Shown piece by piece: positions 25,356-34,817 of a DNA stretch of 34,819 nucleotides. Position numbers and translations under genes: made by a program. This stretch comes from a virus (Duplodnaviria > Caudoviricetes). The notes below the pieces were generated by a model. The model worked only from the letters and a program-made list of their open reading frames with translations. It was not told the origin of the DNA and ran no database searches. The stretch lies in the IMG/VR virus record IMGVR_UViG_3300016643_000152, positions 1 to 34,819 of that record. One strand, 5' to 3'. How positions within the stretch are numbered: the first letter of the stretch is position 1; every line of letters starts with the position of its first letter.

Positions 25356-25360
25356 ATATT

Positions 25361-25756
25361 TTAAGCTACTGTTAAAGTAAGAGCTGAAGCGTTGAATTTA
25401 ACCTCGTCGCCTGATGCTATTGTTTTAGCAGTTGTCAAAGCACCGTAAAATAATAGGTTACCAGTAGCAGATGCATCAAACACGGCAAAATGCGTAGCTG
25501 AAGCCGTAGCAGTTGCAGAGGATGTAATAGTAATAGCAGAAGCATTAGTAATTGTACCTGCTCCACCAGTTCCCCTTGTCCATGATCCAGCGCCACTTGC
25601 AACAGTAACACGGGAATACAATGCACCTGTTGCAGAGCCTGCATCAGTTGGATCTTGTGAGTATAACTGTACGAATGTAGCAGTAGGTGCTGTCATTGAT
25701 GTACCTGCTATCCATCCAGTTATTTGGTCTTCTAAATAATTTGAAAAAGCACTCAT
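25361..25756 (-). CDS. Small Ala/Thr-rich beta-sandwich virion protein (Gp80-like, often labelled tail fiber)
   Basis: SNYLE, QLYSQDP, YSRV, ITNA.AI, THFAVFDA..GNLLFYGAL...KTI..GD pattern. Confidence 0.65.
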   Translation of the reverse strand: MSAFSNYLEDQITGWIAGTSMTAPTATFVQLYSQDPTDAGSATGALYSRVTVASGAGSWTRGTGGAGTITNASAITITSSATATASATHFAVFDASATGNLLFYGALTTAKTIASGDEVKFNASALTLTVA

Positions 25757-25762
25757 TTTTTA

Positions 25763-26734
25763 TCAGTTTAAATTGTTTAAAATTTGTTTCCTTAGTTCAT
25801 TCACTTTATCTATGCGTAAAACGTCGTTTAGGTATTGCCTTCCATCTTTCACTATACTTTCTCTGTTAAATTCCTTGTCCTTCATATTTAGCAAAACATC
25901 TGTAAAGTTATCGTATTTTAATACGCCTGGAATGTTATATTCTGGGATGTCATTTGGTGCAACCACCACACCGCCAGCGGCTAACATCTCTATTGCAAAT
26001 ATATTTGATTTAGCATAGTTAAAATCATTCTTAAGTAACGGAAATACACCGTAATGACATTGGCTATTATTTAATAAATCGAAGTAACTAAATAAATTAT
26101 TTGTCCACTCCTTGACGTATACTTTTGGAAATAAATGAGCCATCAAAAAATCTTGTATTCCAAGCATAGCCACCTCAAATTTATCAGATTCAGCCATTAA
26201 ATTAATTTCATCCTTTATCGTAGCAATGTCATCTAAATGATGCATACTTCCCCTCCAAATCACTCTTACCTTATCTTCAATGCTTGGTATTGCCATAAAA
26301 GGCTGAATCATGGGATTCCAGGCATTTGGTATAACAAGGCTTGGACATTCGTGAAAGTCTTTGTAATAGTCCTGTAAGGCAGGTGTTGAATAACTGACAA
26401 AATTAGCCATTGACAAACATTCCTCTACACTTTTTTTACTTGCCTCTGTTGAAAGTGCTTTGTGTGCCGGGTTAACGCGCTCGGTTTTGTGCAAATTGTC
26501 GTCATGGTCAATAATAATTTTCTTGCCCATTCTTTTGCAATCACGCAGCACATCAAGGTAAGCTTGGCCGTTCGGTGATTTGGCAATAATTACATCTAAA
26601 TTAAAAATATCAAACCACTTTGTATTATGAATATCAAGATACTTGATTTCATGGTCAAGGTAGCTATATACACCAACTGTCCGATAAAAGTCGGTAGCTG
26701 GGGATTCAATATTTGTAAAAATGCCAAGTTTCAT
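25763..26734 (-). CDS. Glycosyltransferase, GT-B fold (GT4-like), copy 2
   Basis: KRMGKKIIIDHDDNL, VSYSTP.L, VIPNAWNP, WRGSMHH, PLLKNDFNYAKSNIFAIE. Confidence 0.8.
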   Translation of the reverse strand: MKLGIFTNIESPATDFYRTVGVYSYLDHEIKYLDIHNTKWFDIFNLDVIIAKSPNGQAYLDVLRDCKRMGKKIIIDHDDNLHKTERVNPAHKALSTEASKKSVEECLSMANFVSYSTPALQDYYKDFHECPSLVIPNAWNPMIQPFMAIPSIEDKVRVIWRGSMHHLDDIATIKDEINLMAESDKFEVAMLGIQDFLMAHLFPKVYVKEWTNNLFSYFDLLNNSQCHYGVFPLLKNDFNYAKSNIFAIEMLAAGGVVVAPNDIPEYNIPGVLKYDNFTDVLLNMKDKEFNRESIVKDGRQYLNDVLRIDKVNELRKQILNNLN

Positions 26735-27126
26735 TGTGTTAGGTTTATTTCTTCCCAGTTTAAAATATCTTCATTCCATGCATACATCTTACCATCATTC
26801 GGATAAGGTACAGGGCTATCCCATAGGCAAGTGTCCTCGTTTAGTATCCACGATGGAAAAGGCTTAGGGGGAATGAAAGCGTCTCGGATAGGGTCGTAAT
26901 AATATCCAATGCCAGCATAGTTTTTACGAAATGCCTTGCTTTGGTCAATGGAAGGTGTGTTATTATCTGCTTGATAATGGATGCCGCCACGCGTGTTATA
27001 GGAAGTGCGTTTGTAAATTTCCCCTGTTTGTTGGCTAATTTCAACTTCTCTATTTTCATCTTCATCCCTTGCTACAGTTACAAAGATGACATAATTTTCA
27101 GCGTTTAATTTTGCAAAATGTGCCAT
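26731..27126 (-). CDS. MAHFAKL-family protein, probable fibre partner or chaperone
   Basis: MAHFAKL...RTSYN...FRKNYAGIG..YD..RDAFIPPKPFPSW...W..PVPYP, a family I recognise as typically following Gly-rich fibre domains in aquatic phages. Confidence 0.7.
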   Translation of the reverse strand: MAHFAKLNAENYVIFVTVARDEDENREVEISQQTGEIYKRTSYNTRGGIHYQADNNTPSIDQSKAFRKNYAGIGYYYDPIRDAFIPPKPFPSWILNEDTCLWDSPVPYPNDGKMYAWNEDILNWEEINLTQ

Positions 27127-27127
27127 A

Positions 27128-29254
27128 TTAACTAAAGGTTACAGTTTCAGAAGTTGTTGTTGTTGCCGTTATTGTTATTGTCTTAAATCCACCGCCAGTT
27201 GATGAAGATTGAGTTACACCCCCTGTAAATGTTGCAGTAACTGTGTCTGGTATTTTTATAATAACTACACCCGAACCTCCGTTTCCTGCATTTCTTGTAG
27301 AACCAATACCAGATCCACCACCACCACCACCACCAGTATTTTGAATTCCATCAGTAGCATTAGATGAATTACCAGAACCAGCACCACCACCATTGAAAGC
27401 AGAACCAGCTGGTGTTGTTGTTGCACCTCCACCTCCTCCGCCTGCATAAGAATTACCAGTAATATTTGATGTTAAACCAACACCACCATTTCCAGCCGCA
27501 CCTGTTGATGTATTAATATTTTGTCCTAATCCTCCAGCTCCACCACCTCCACCTCCTCCGCGTTGCGAATTATATAATCCGCCAGTTCCACCATCAAAAC
27601 CTTGATTAGCTGGACTAGCAATAGCGCCTGCTGTTGGTGTACTACTTCCATTACCACCACCGCCTGAACCACCAGTTGATGGAGCTGTACCATCATTTAC
27701 ACCACCTCTACCACCACCAGTTGAAGTAATTGATTGTAAAATTGAATTATTACCAGCTACATTTTGCGCTCCACCACCACCAATAACGATTGAATATGCA
27801 GTATTTTTATTAATTGTGAGAGATGATTCTGATGATGAATTGCCGCCCGAAGTACCAACACTCGTTCGATAACCACCTGCTCCTCCACCTCCTCCAGACC
27901 CAGAAAATGCACCACCACCACCACCACCGCCAGCAATTACAAGATAATCAACTGATACAGTTGGTGCTGCCACATTCAACGTCGCATTTGTTACCGTTGC
28001 CGCTGCATTTACACTTGCCGCGACATTATCCACCGTTGTAAGAGTTGCACCTGTGAGGCTTGCCTCACCCGTAACACTTGCTACTATCGTTGCCGTTCTA
28101 AACAAGTCAGCATTTGTACTTGTTGCCGTTGCTACCGCAGCTGCGACAAAGGTTACACCGATGCCAGCCTCTGCGCTACTGTTAGCCGTTGCAGTTGCTT
28201 CAGCACTTATTATTCTTGTGATAAAGGCATCGGCATTTGTTTGAGCCGTTGCAGTTGCTTCAGCATTAACAGTGTATGAAAGGGATGCATCAGCAGTCGT
28301 AATTGCCGTAGCCGAAGCACTTGCATTCACTGACAATGTTAATTGAGCATCAGATGATGTCTGAGCAGTAGCCGATGCGCTCGCTTCAAGCACCTTGGTA
28401 AGCGTAGCATTTGCCGTAGTGTCGGCAGTTGTATTTGGACTACTTTGTAAAGTAGTTATTCTTAGTATATCTGCTGTAATTGTGCCTGTTGCGGTAACAG
28501 AAGCATCAACGCTTGTAATGCCTTGAGATATAACATCAAGCGCACTTGTAGCCGTTGCATTGCCTTGTACACTTGCATTGAATGTTTTACTTACTAATGC
28601 ATCAGCAACAGATGAAGCCGTAGCGTTTACACTTGTTGCAATATATTGCACAATTGTTGGTGATGCGCTAACATTAGCACTTGCTGCTATGCTACTATTA
28701 ATAGGAATAACTTTTGTTATACTTGCTTCACTTGTACCTGATGCAGTTACATTAGATGCAACTTCTACAACACCTTGTTGTGCAGTTGTAATTTCACCGA
28801 TGGCAGAGGCAATGGCATTAGCCTGACCAATGACAGACATTAGTAATTTAAGGTTAGCAGATGTCGTAGCAATACCTGATACAGCAGCAGCAACATTTAC
28901 ACCGGTAAGGATGTAAGAATCATAGAAGATGCCTTGAAAGGAAATAAACCTTCTATCGTGGCTGACTTTTAAATTTTTAACCTGATATAACTTATCTCCC
29001 CAAATTACTCTTGATTCCTCAGATATTGTTGATATATATCTTATAGTAAATTCACAAACATTTTTAGCCGTGTTTTTACCATCTATTATATTTTCATTTG
29101 ATCCTGGCAACTTGCTTTCTGCAAATGCCCATATAGTTGTAGTGTCTGCCCAACTTTCAGATGCAAATCCTGTTAATGACCTTGAACGAGTCACGTTCTG
29201 AAGGATTATCCTATCCCTCATTTTTCCAGTAACTTCGTTTTTGTTATACTTCAT
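27128..29254 (-). CDS. Head-closure (SPP1 gp16-like) protein fused to an Ala/Thr/Ser repeat stalk and a Gly-rich C-terminal domain
   Basis: Residues about 1-110: G.MRDRI.LQ...G...W....IWA...FTIRY...RVIWG...Y.V. Then about 15 degenerate repeats of about 20 aa. Then VDYLVIAGGGGG...NTGGGGGG...GGSGVVIIK. Confidence 0.8.
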   Translation of the reverse strand: MKYNKNEVTGKMRDRIILQNVTRSRSLTGFASESWADTTTIWAFAESKLPGSNENIIDGKNTAKNVCEFTIRYISTISEESRVIWGDKLYQVKNLKVSHDRRFISFQGIFYDSYILTGVNVAAAVSGIATTSANLKLLMSVIGQANAIASAIGEITTAQQGVVEVASNVTASGTSEASITKVIPINSSIAASANVSASPTIVQYIATSVNATASSVADALVSKTFNASVQGNATATSALDVISQGITSVDASVTATGTITADILRITTLQSSPNTTADTTANATLTKVLEASASATAQTSSDAQLTLSVNASASATAITTADASLSYTVNAEATATAQTNADAFITRIISAEATATANSSAEAGIGVTFVAAAVATATSTNADLFRTATIVASVTGEASLTGATLTTVDNVAASVNAAATVTNATLNVAAPTVSVDYLVIAGGGGGGGAFSGSGGGGGAGGYRTSVGTSGGNSSSESSLTINKNTAYSIVIGGGGAQNVAGNNSILQSITSTGGGRGGVNDGTAPSTGGSGGGGNGSSTPTAGAIASPANQGFDGGTGGLYNSQRGGGGGGGAGGLGQNINTSTGAAGNGGVGLTSNITGNSYAGGGGGGATTTPAGSAFNGGGAGSGNSSNATDGIQNTGGGGGGGSGIGSTRNAGNGGSGVVIIKIPDTVTATFTGGVTQSSSTGGGFKTITITATTTTSETVTFS

Positions 29255-29814
29255 TACAGTATTTGAACTCTATATTGGTCTAATAAATATTCTGATGCCG
29301 TTGGCAGCTTTTTCACATAATCTTGCCGGTTATCATAGGCATCCGTAACCATTAATAAAATGGCTTGTCTTATTTGTGCAGGTACACCGCTTGGTTCACT
29401 TGAATAGCCAGCGGTATAAGTTATAGTAACATCATTAATATTGCCGTATAATGTTGGCCATGTTTTGCCGTATGCCAATGAAAGCCTGGCAGGTTTTTCA
29501 AAAGTATCTACAATATAATTTGTAGAAGCAAATGTTTGAGTTGTATTGTTTGAATCTGCGTATTGAAATGAAGAAACAGATATAACTGGAGATACAGATA
29601 AATAAATAGTACTAAGTTGTAACCTATCTAATTTCTCTGTTATTGTTTGAGTAATTAACGCTTGATTTAAATAACTTTCAGCCGCCTGCCTTGCACTTTG
29701 CAATAAGGTAGTAATCAAAGTATCCTCAGTTGAATCATCAACTTTCAGATAATCTTTGACCTCTTGCAATGTAAAAATTTCTGTTGCTGGTGCTGTTGTT
29801 ACTTTCCAAGCCAT
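29254..29814 (-). CDS. Head-tail adaptor (HK97 gp6/SPP1 gp15-like)
   Basis: TLQEVKDYLKVD..ED.LI..LL..AR..AE, YTAGY, VP..IRQAILL.V...YDNR. Confidence 0.9.
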   Translation of the reverse strand: MAWKVTTAPATEIFTLQEVKDYLKVDDSTEDTLITTLLQSARQAAESYLNQALITQTITEKLDRLQLSTIYLSVSPVISVSSFQYADSNNTTQTFASTNYIVDTFEKPARLSLAYGKTWPTLYGNINDVTITYTAGYSSEPSGVPAQIRQAILLMVTDAYDNRQDYVKKLPTASEYLLDQYRVQIL

Positions 29815-29831
29815 TGTTTTATTTTTTAGTA

Positions 29832-29858
29832 AGGGATGAGCAATTAATGCCCATCCCT
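29832..29858 (-). other. mRNA stem-loop after the major capsid gene
   Basis: AGGGATGGGCA/TGCTCATCCCT; one position pairs as G-U only on the - strand; followed by an A tract. Confidence 0.6.
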
Positions 29859-29873
29859 AAACACTATCCCTAT

Positions 29874-31100
29874 TTACAGATTCTTCAAGTGCTTAATCGC
29901 AGCAGTATTTAACAATTTGCCGTCAAATCTTGCATACATCAAAAATCCAAGCTCCATTTCATCCATAAACCTCTCACGCAATGGCACAAGCACATTGTTA
30001 GCCACTTGGCGAATAATATACTTTGACCAATCACCGAAGAAAATAATCTTTGCATCGGCAGCTTGTGCAGATGGAAGGTCATTATTAACAAAGTAATTAT
30101 AACCTAATAATTTGTCAGGTGTACCTTCTCTCAATGATGGCTGGAATAAACCGTTATAATCATTGTCAACATTTAACTTTCTAACCGCGCTCAAAATCTG
30201 GTCATGCATCATAAACGCAGCAGATGGCGAGTTACGGTAAGCAATGTCAACAGAATGTACAAGGTTAATAAGATCACTTGCGGTAAATGCACCGGTAGAT
30301 GCAGATTCAACGCCAGAAGGTGCTACATCTCTAAATCCAGTTGGCTTTCCTGAACCGTCACCAGTTGTGAACGCTGTGTTCAAGCCACGGCCTAAACGCT
30401 CACCTAACATAATAGGTAATTCTGTATTTAATAAGCCAAACTCATCATTTGCCCATTCAACAGATACCTTAACAAGTGTATTTATAACGTGAGCAGCAAA
30501 TGTCTCTCTTGTGAAAGTCATGTCCTGAACAGTAACCGCTCCACCTTCTGTGTGCCAGTTGCCTGATGTGCCTGTGTCATTTACCTTTGGCCAATACAAA
30601 GTACCTGCCTGTGGCGTTGTAATTACACGAGATACCTGGAGCATTGGGCCATAATATGCCATTGTCTTTTCCAACTCATAAGAAAATTGGTAAGGAATGA
30701 CATAACCACCTGCAAGACCAGTCTCAGCCGTTGTGATTGTTGCAGTACCACGCATCTCTCTAAGCATTGATTGCTCATTGCTTGTCAAGTCACGCTTTGC
30801 AAGAGCTTTCATAAATGCTGTGTGATACTCAGGTGATTTTACAATTTCCCTGGCATTAGTTGGCATTGCAGAAATGCTTTGCTCAACTTGGCTAACAGAG
30901 CGGCTTTCAGAGTTAATTTCATTCCACCTTTCAAGGCGTGAAATTTGCTCTGTATAATTTTTAAAAGAGGCATCTGCTGCATCCCATTGGGATAACTCGT
31001 CGGAGGTCATTAACCTTCCTTCGGCTGTTGCTCTCTTTTGTAGGTCTTCCATTATTGCATAGTCGGAAGCCCGCTTTTCTCTTAACTCTTTAGAAGTCAT
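29874..31100 (-). CDS. Major capsid protein, HK97 fold with N-terminal delta domain
   Basis: Coiled-coil N-terminus, GGYVIP, GDGSGKPTG, LLGY, FGDWSKY, RFDG. Confidence 0.95.
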   Translation of the reverse strand: MTSKELREKRASDYAIMEDLQKRATAEGRLMTSDELSQWDAADASFKNYTEQISRLERWNEINSESRSVSQVEQSISAMPTNAREIVKSPEYHTAFMKALAKRDLTSNEQSMLREMRGTATITTAETGLAGGYVIPYQFSYELEKTMAYYGPMLQVSRVITTPQAGTLYWPKVNDTGTSGNWHTEGGAVTVQDMTFTRETFAAHVINTLVKVSVEWANDEFGLLNTELPIMLGERLGRGLNTAFTTGDGSGKPTGFRDVAPSGVESASTGAFTASDLINLVHSVDIAYRNSPSAAFMMHDQILSAVRKLNVDNDYNGLFQPSLREGTPDKLLGYNYFVNNDLPSAQAADAKIIFFGDWSKYIIRQVANNVLVPLRERFMDEMELGFLMYARFDGKLLNTAAIKHLKNL

Positions 31101-31102
31101 TT

Positions 31103-32038
31103 TTAAATTGTTTTAAGTTTGTTTAAATGCAGGGCGTTCCTGCGTAATTCTTGCTGTATTCTAATATCTGACTTAACAGAAATTTCAATCACTTTTTTTA
31201 AATCTTCATCTATATCCTTTGTAGCTTCATAACTTCTTTTTGCTACCATTGTATCAGGATTAGCTGGATAGGTTACAGGAGAAACATCATATACCTTTTT
31301 AATGCTTCTGATAATTCTTTTTGGTTTATTACCAGTATTTTCTTCCCACTTCTCTTTATCAACCGTAAATGCAAAGCTACTTTGGTACACATCACCACGT
31401 CTTACCATTTCTAACAAGTCATTGCCTAATGTTGTATTTGGTGCTTCAAATTCATACTCCATAGCATTGCCTGTCACATTTAATTTTAATGTACCGGATG
31501 AAGTTCTTGCAAGCACCATGTTTTGGTCATGGTTAAACAATGCTACTACATCCTTCATGTCGGCATTAGCCAATGCGTCTGTGTCCATTAACTCCTCATA
31601 CCAACCCATGTCATAGGCAGAGTTAAAAACAGTAGCCGTACCAAAGATGGTGCGGCTTTCTGGTTTAGCTCTTAATTCAAAATTTATGCTTCTCTTTTCC
31701 ATATCAATAGATATACTGTTTTCTTCCTTTAATTCATTTATCTTTCTTTCTGTCCATCCTTTCATGGTCTCTCCTCCCCAGGCTGAATACATAATTGATC
31801 CACATATTTCCGAACCGTCTTCATCTGTAAATCTCCCTTGATTATAAACCTCTGCACGTGATAAAAAGCTAAATGTTCTTTTAATTTCTGATAAATCTAA
31901 ACCTTCCTTGTTTGCAATTTGATTTGCACGAAACCAACCTACGCGAGTGCCACATGAAGAGCCATTTTCCTCTTTGTGTTTTAGAGCCTTTTTAGCTGCT
32001 CTGACTGCTGATTGTGGGTAATCGTTATATGTTGGCAT
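31103..32038 (-). CDS. HK97-family prohead protease with a 112-aa N-terminal extra domain
   Basis: GTATVFNS, ALFNHD, LART, SSFAF, DVSPVTYPA. The protease core starts at M113 (ATG 31702). Confidence 0.9.
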   Translation of the reverse strand: MPTYNDYPQSAVRAAKKALKHKEENGSSCGTRVGWFRANQIANKEGLDLSEIKRTFSFLSRAEVYNQGRFTDEDGSEICGSIMYSAWGGETMKGWTERKINELKEENSISIDMEKRSINFELRAKPESRTIFGTATVFNSAYDMGWYEELMDTDALANADMKDVVALFNHDQNMVLARTSSGTLKLNVTGNAMEYEFEAPNTTLGNDLLEMVRRGDVYQSSFAFTVDKEKWEENTGNKPKRIIRSIKKVYDVSPVTYPANPDTMVAKRSYEATKDIDEDLKKVIEISVKSDIRIQQELRRNALHLNKLKTI

Positions 32039-33263
32039 CTTGCGTTATATCGTTTGTTTGTTCTGTCTTTATATTTGATGCTAATGGTAACTCATAGCTA
32101 TCGCCACCTTCATAAGGATTCATATTTTCTTTAATTCTAATTTCGTTTGGTGACATCGCCAGTACATTACGCATTGTTGTATAGTAGGAAGATCTCGCAG
32201 CTATATCACCACGCAGTAAGCCATCAAGATTAAAGCGTGTGCTATATCTATCCTTTTCAACTTCAAAAAATATCTTTCTATTAAATTCTGCCTCTATGAT
32301 TTCGCACAAAGGCATAATAGTATAGTTCACAAACATTTGGCTCAACTGTTCCATGTTGCCAAATGTCGCTTTGTCCATATCTTCCAACAAAATGCCCGGT
32401 ACACCTGTAATCCTTGCAATGTCGGATATAGTAGCTTTCTTTGTTTCGTTAAAAGAAGCATCGTTTGGATTTAAACCGACTTTTTGAAAGTCCATCCCTT
32501 CCTCAAGTATCGCAGTACCTCCTGCGTTTTGGCTTCCACCAAATGCACGGTTAAAGCTGCTTTTAAGTCTGTCGTATGCCTCGTTTGTTAATCTTCCAGG
32601 ATGTTTAAGAACACCGTTCAAATGTGCGCCATTCTTATAAAAGTTAGCACCATAATTTCTGTTTGCTAATGCTAAACCAAAATTATCTCTGTGAAGATCA
32701 GGTATAAGTAATGATTTTATGCCATCCCAGGCAAGGTTAGGAATGTATATAATATTTTCGCTTCTATATGTTTTGTTTGTTTCCTTATTTTTAAATACAA
32801 GTTCATTCCTACTGTTATACCCTATTTCCATTTTAGTAGGATTAAGGATAGTAAGGCTGTTTATTCTTGTAGTTATGCTATTCCTGTTAATAGCTGCGTA
32901 AAATGCGCCATGTGCAAGATAATGCAACACCATTGTTTTATAAAAGGTGTGTGAGGTATATAGTTCGGAAGGTTCACGACTAATTATTTTATAATTAGGA
33001 TGATCCTTTGCTATTTTTATAGCTCCATTGTCTTGCTTTTCTATAATGTCAAAAGGAATTGAGCCAATAACACCTCCGAGTATTTGTGTTGCCCGGTAAA
33101 AAGCAGGAAGACCAACAATTGAATACTCATCAACGGCTACACCTGCGGCAGAGCCACGCTGAAACAAAGCACCTAATGTATCACCATTTATTGGTGTAGA
33201 TGGATTTTCCAGGCTGCTTTTACGCGTGGAAAAAAAAGACCGCATGGAATCAAATATAGCCAT
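32025..33263 (-). CDS. Portal protein (HK97 family)
   Basis: HP...EP, ILEEGM.F, IARITGVP, NMEQ, MSPNEIR..EN..P.EGGD. Confidence 0.95.
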   Translation of the reverse strand: MAIFDSMRSFFSTRKSSLENPSTPINGDTLGALFQRGSAAGVAVDEYSIVGLPAFYRATQILGGVIGSIPFDIIEKQDNGAIKIAKDHPNYKIISREPSELYTSHTFYKTMVLHYLAHGAFYAAINRNSITTRINSLTILNPTKMEIGYNSRNELVFKNKETNKTYRSENIIYIPNLAWDGIKSLLIPDLHRDNFGLALANRNYGANFYKNGAHLNGVLKHPGRLTNEAYDRLKSSFNRAFGGSQNAGGTAILEEGMDFQKVGLNPNDASFNETKKATISDIARITGVPGILLEDMDKATFGNMEQLSQMFVNYTIMPLCEIIEAEFNRKIFFEVEKDRYSTRFNLDGLLRGDIAARSSYYTTMRNVLAMSPNEIRIKENMNPYEGGDSYELPLASNIKTEQTNDITQDANI

Positions 33264-33314
33264 GCGGTAAAATTAAACGAAATAGTATGAAAAATCTGAA
33301 CCTTTAGTAACAAG

Positions 33315-33554
33315 TTAAACAAATCTAATATCCATATACATTTTTTTAGCCTTTCTAAAAGAATTATAAGATGTATATTTGTCATCTAAGCCTAACTCGT
33401 TTCTTTCCTCTTCCAATCGATGCCATGCTTCTTGATGTGTCTGTGTTTCTGCTGTTAATTCATAAAATCTATGAAAATAACCAGATGTGCAATTGATTTG
33501 CCTAACTTGTTCGGCGTACTCATGTTTTTTCATTAATATCTCCATAATTGACAT
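33315..33554 (-). CDS. Hypothetical protein
   Basis: 79-aa ORF between terL and portal. Confidence 0.55.
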   Translation of the reverse strand: MSIMEILMKKHEYAEQVRQINCTSGYFHRFYELTAETQTHQEAWHRLEEERNELGLDDKYTSYNSFRKAKKMYMDIRFV

Positions 33555-33578
33555 ATTTTACTTTTTAATTAGGTACAT

Positions 33579-34817
33579 TTATAACATTAATAAACCTTGT
33601 TCACGTTCGCCAGATGTATAGATAGTTGGTCTGTCTTCAACCATTATCTGAGCGTAAGCCATAACCATAGCAACAGGACCATCTACCTTTTCCGTTGACT
33701 TTGCCTTATCAATTTTAATATTACCAGCAGGATCAAATCGAAGCATAACATTAGTAAGCATCCATTCCATAACTGGGTTAGCGTCATGAGTAATTTCATT
33801 TGATAAAAACAATTTTTCTACCTCTTTAGTTGGTGCAGACATAGAAATAAAGCCTTGTCCAAATGGCTTCATATTTGCTCCATCATTAGTTAATTGTATA
33901 ACTAACTGCGAAGCGTTCCATCTGTCAAAAGCTATACATTCTATTTTATATTTATTTGTCAACTCTATTACTTTAGACTTGATGAAGTCATAATCAGTCA
34001 CATTCCCCTCAGTCATTATCAAATGTCCATCTTGCGCCCATTGTACATATGGCACACCATCTGATAATGATCTTTCCCTGACATTATCCTCAGGGCAGAA
34101 GAAATAACTTTTTATATGTGGCTTATTAAGTCCTGCTTGTATTGGAAAGCAAAGAACTAAGGCAGCAATATCCCTCGTAGAAGCAAGGTCAAGGCCTGCA
34201 AAGCATTTCTTATTTGTTAATTGCTCATCACTTATAAAATGCCTTGTTTGTTCAACATAACTGTTAGATATCCAAACGCTGGATGTAGTTGTCCATACAT
34301 TTAGATTCTTTGTCATAAATTGTATCTGCTTTGCTGCTCCCTCGTTCAATGCTTTCTGATACTGGTCATCCATGTAGCTTATGTACGGTGTAACGCCAAG
34401 GTTAGGATTGGATTTTGTCCAATTCTTTTTATCCTGCCAGTCATCACCCTCATCAAGGCAAAAAAGCAATGGAAATACACTATTATCTATTTTCCTACCT
34501 TCCAATATATCAACCATTACTTTCCGGAATTGATAACATGGTGATTCCCGGTTAAATCCTGCTGTAGTGGTTATAAGTAACAATGGCTGAGTACGAGAGC
34601 CCATACCCGTCTCCATAACCTCTAAAACATCGCTTGTCTTGTGTGCGTGATATTCATCGATTATTGCACAATGTGGGTTAAGGCCGTCTAAGGTATCTGC
34701 ATCGGCTGATACAGATTCCATCTTTGAATTTGTGTTAGGTACATTGCAGTTGTATTTTAATACATTGACTAATTTATTAAATGTTTTGGAATCTGCCTTT
34801 AATTGTTTAAGAAATAC
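33579..34817 (-). CDS. terL: Terminase large subunit, 5' end outside the window
   Basis: IIDEYH (Walker B), ITTAG, KSNPNLG, GLDLAS..D, FDRWNA, KVDG.VA. The frame is open to the window edge. Confidence 0.95.
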   Translation of the reverse strand, partial: VFLKQLKADSKTFNKLVNVLKYNCNVPNTNSKMESVSADADTLDGLNPHCAIIDEYHAHKTSDVLEVMETGMGSRTQPLLLITTTAGFNRESPCYQFRKVMVDILEGRKIDNSVFPLLFCLDEGDDWQDKKNWTKSNPNLGVTPYISYMDDQYQKALNEGAAKQIQFMTKNLNVWTTTSSVWISNSYVEQTRHFISDEQLTNKKCFAGLDLASTRDIAALVLCFPIQAGLNKPHIKSYFFCPEDNVRERSLSDGVPYVQWAQDGHLIMTEGNVTDYDFIKSKVIELTNKYKIECIAFDRWNASQLVIQLTNDGANMKPFGQGFISMSAPTKEVEKLFLSNEITHDANPVMEWMLTNVMLRFDPAGNIKIDKAKSTEKVDGPVAMVMAYAQIMVEDRPTIYTSGEREQGLLML

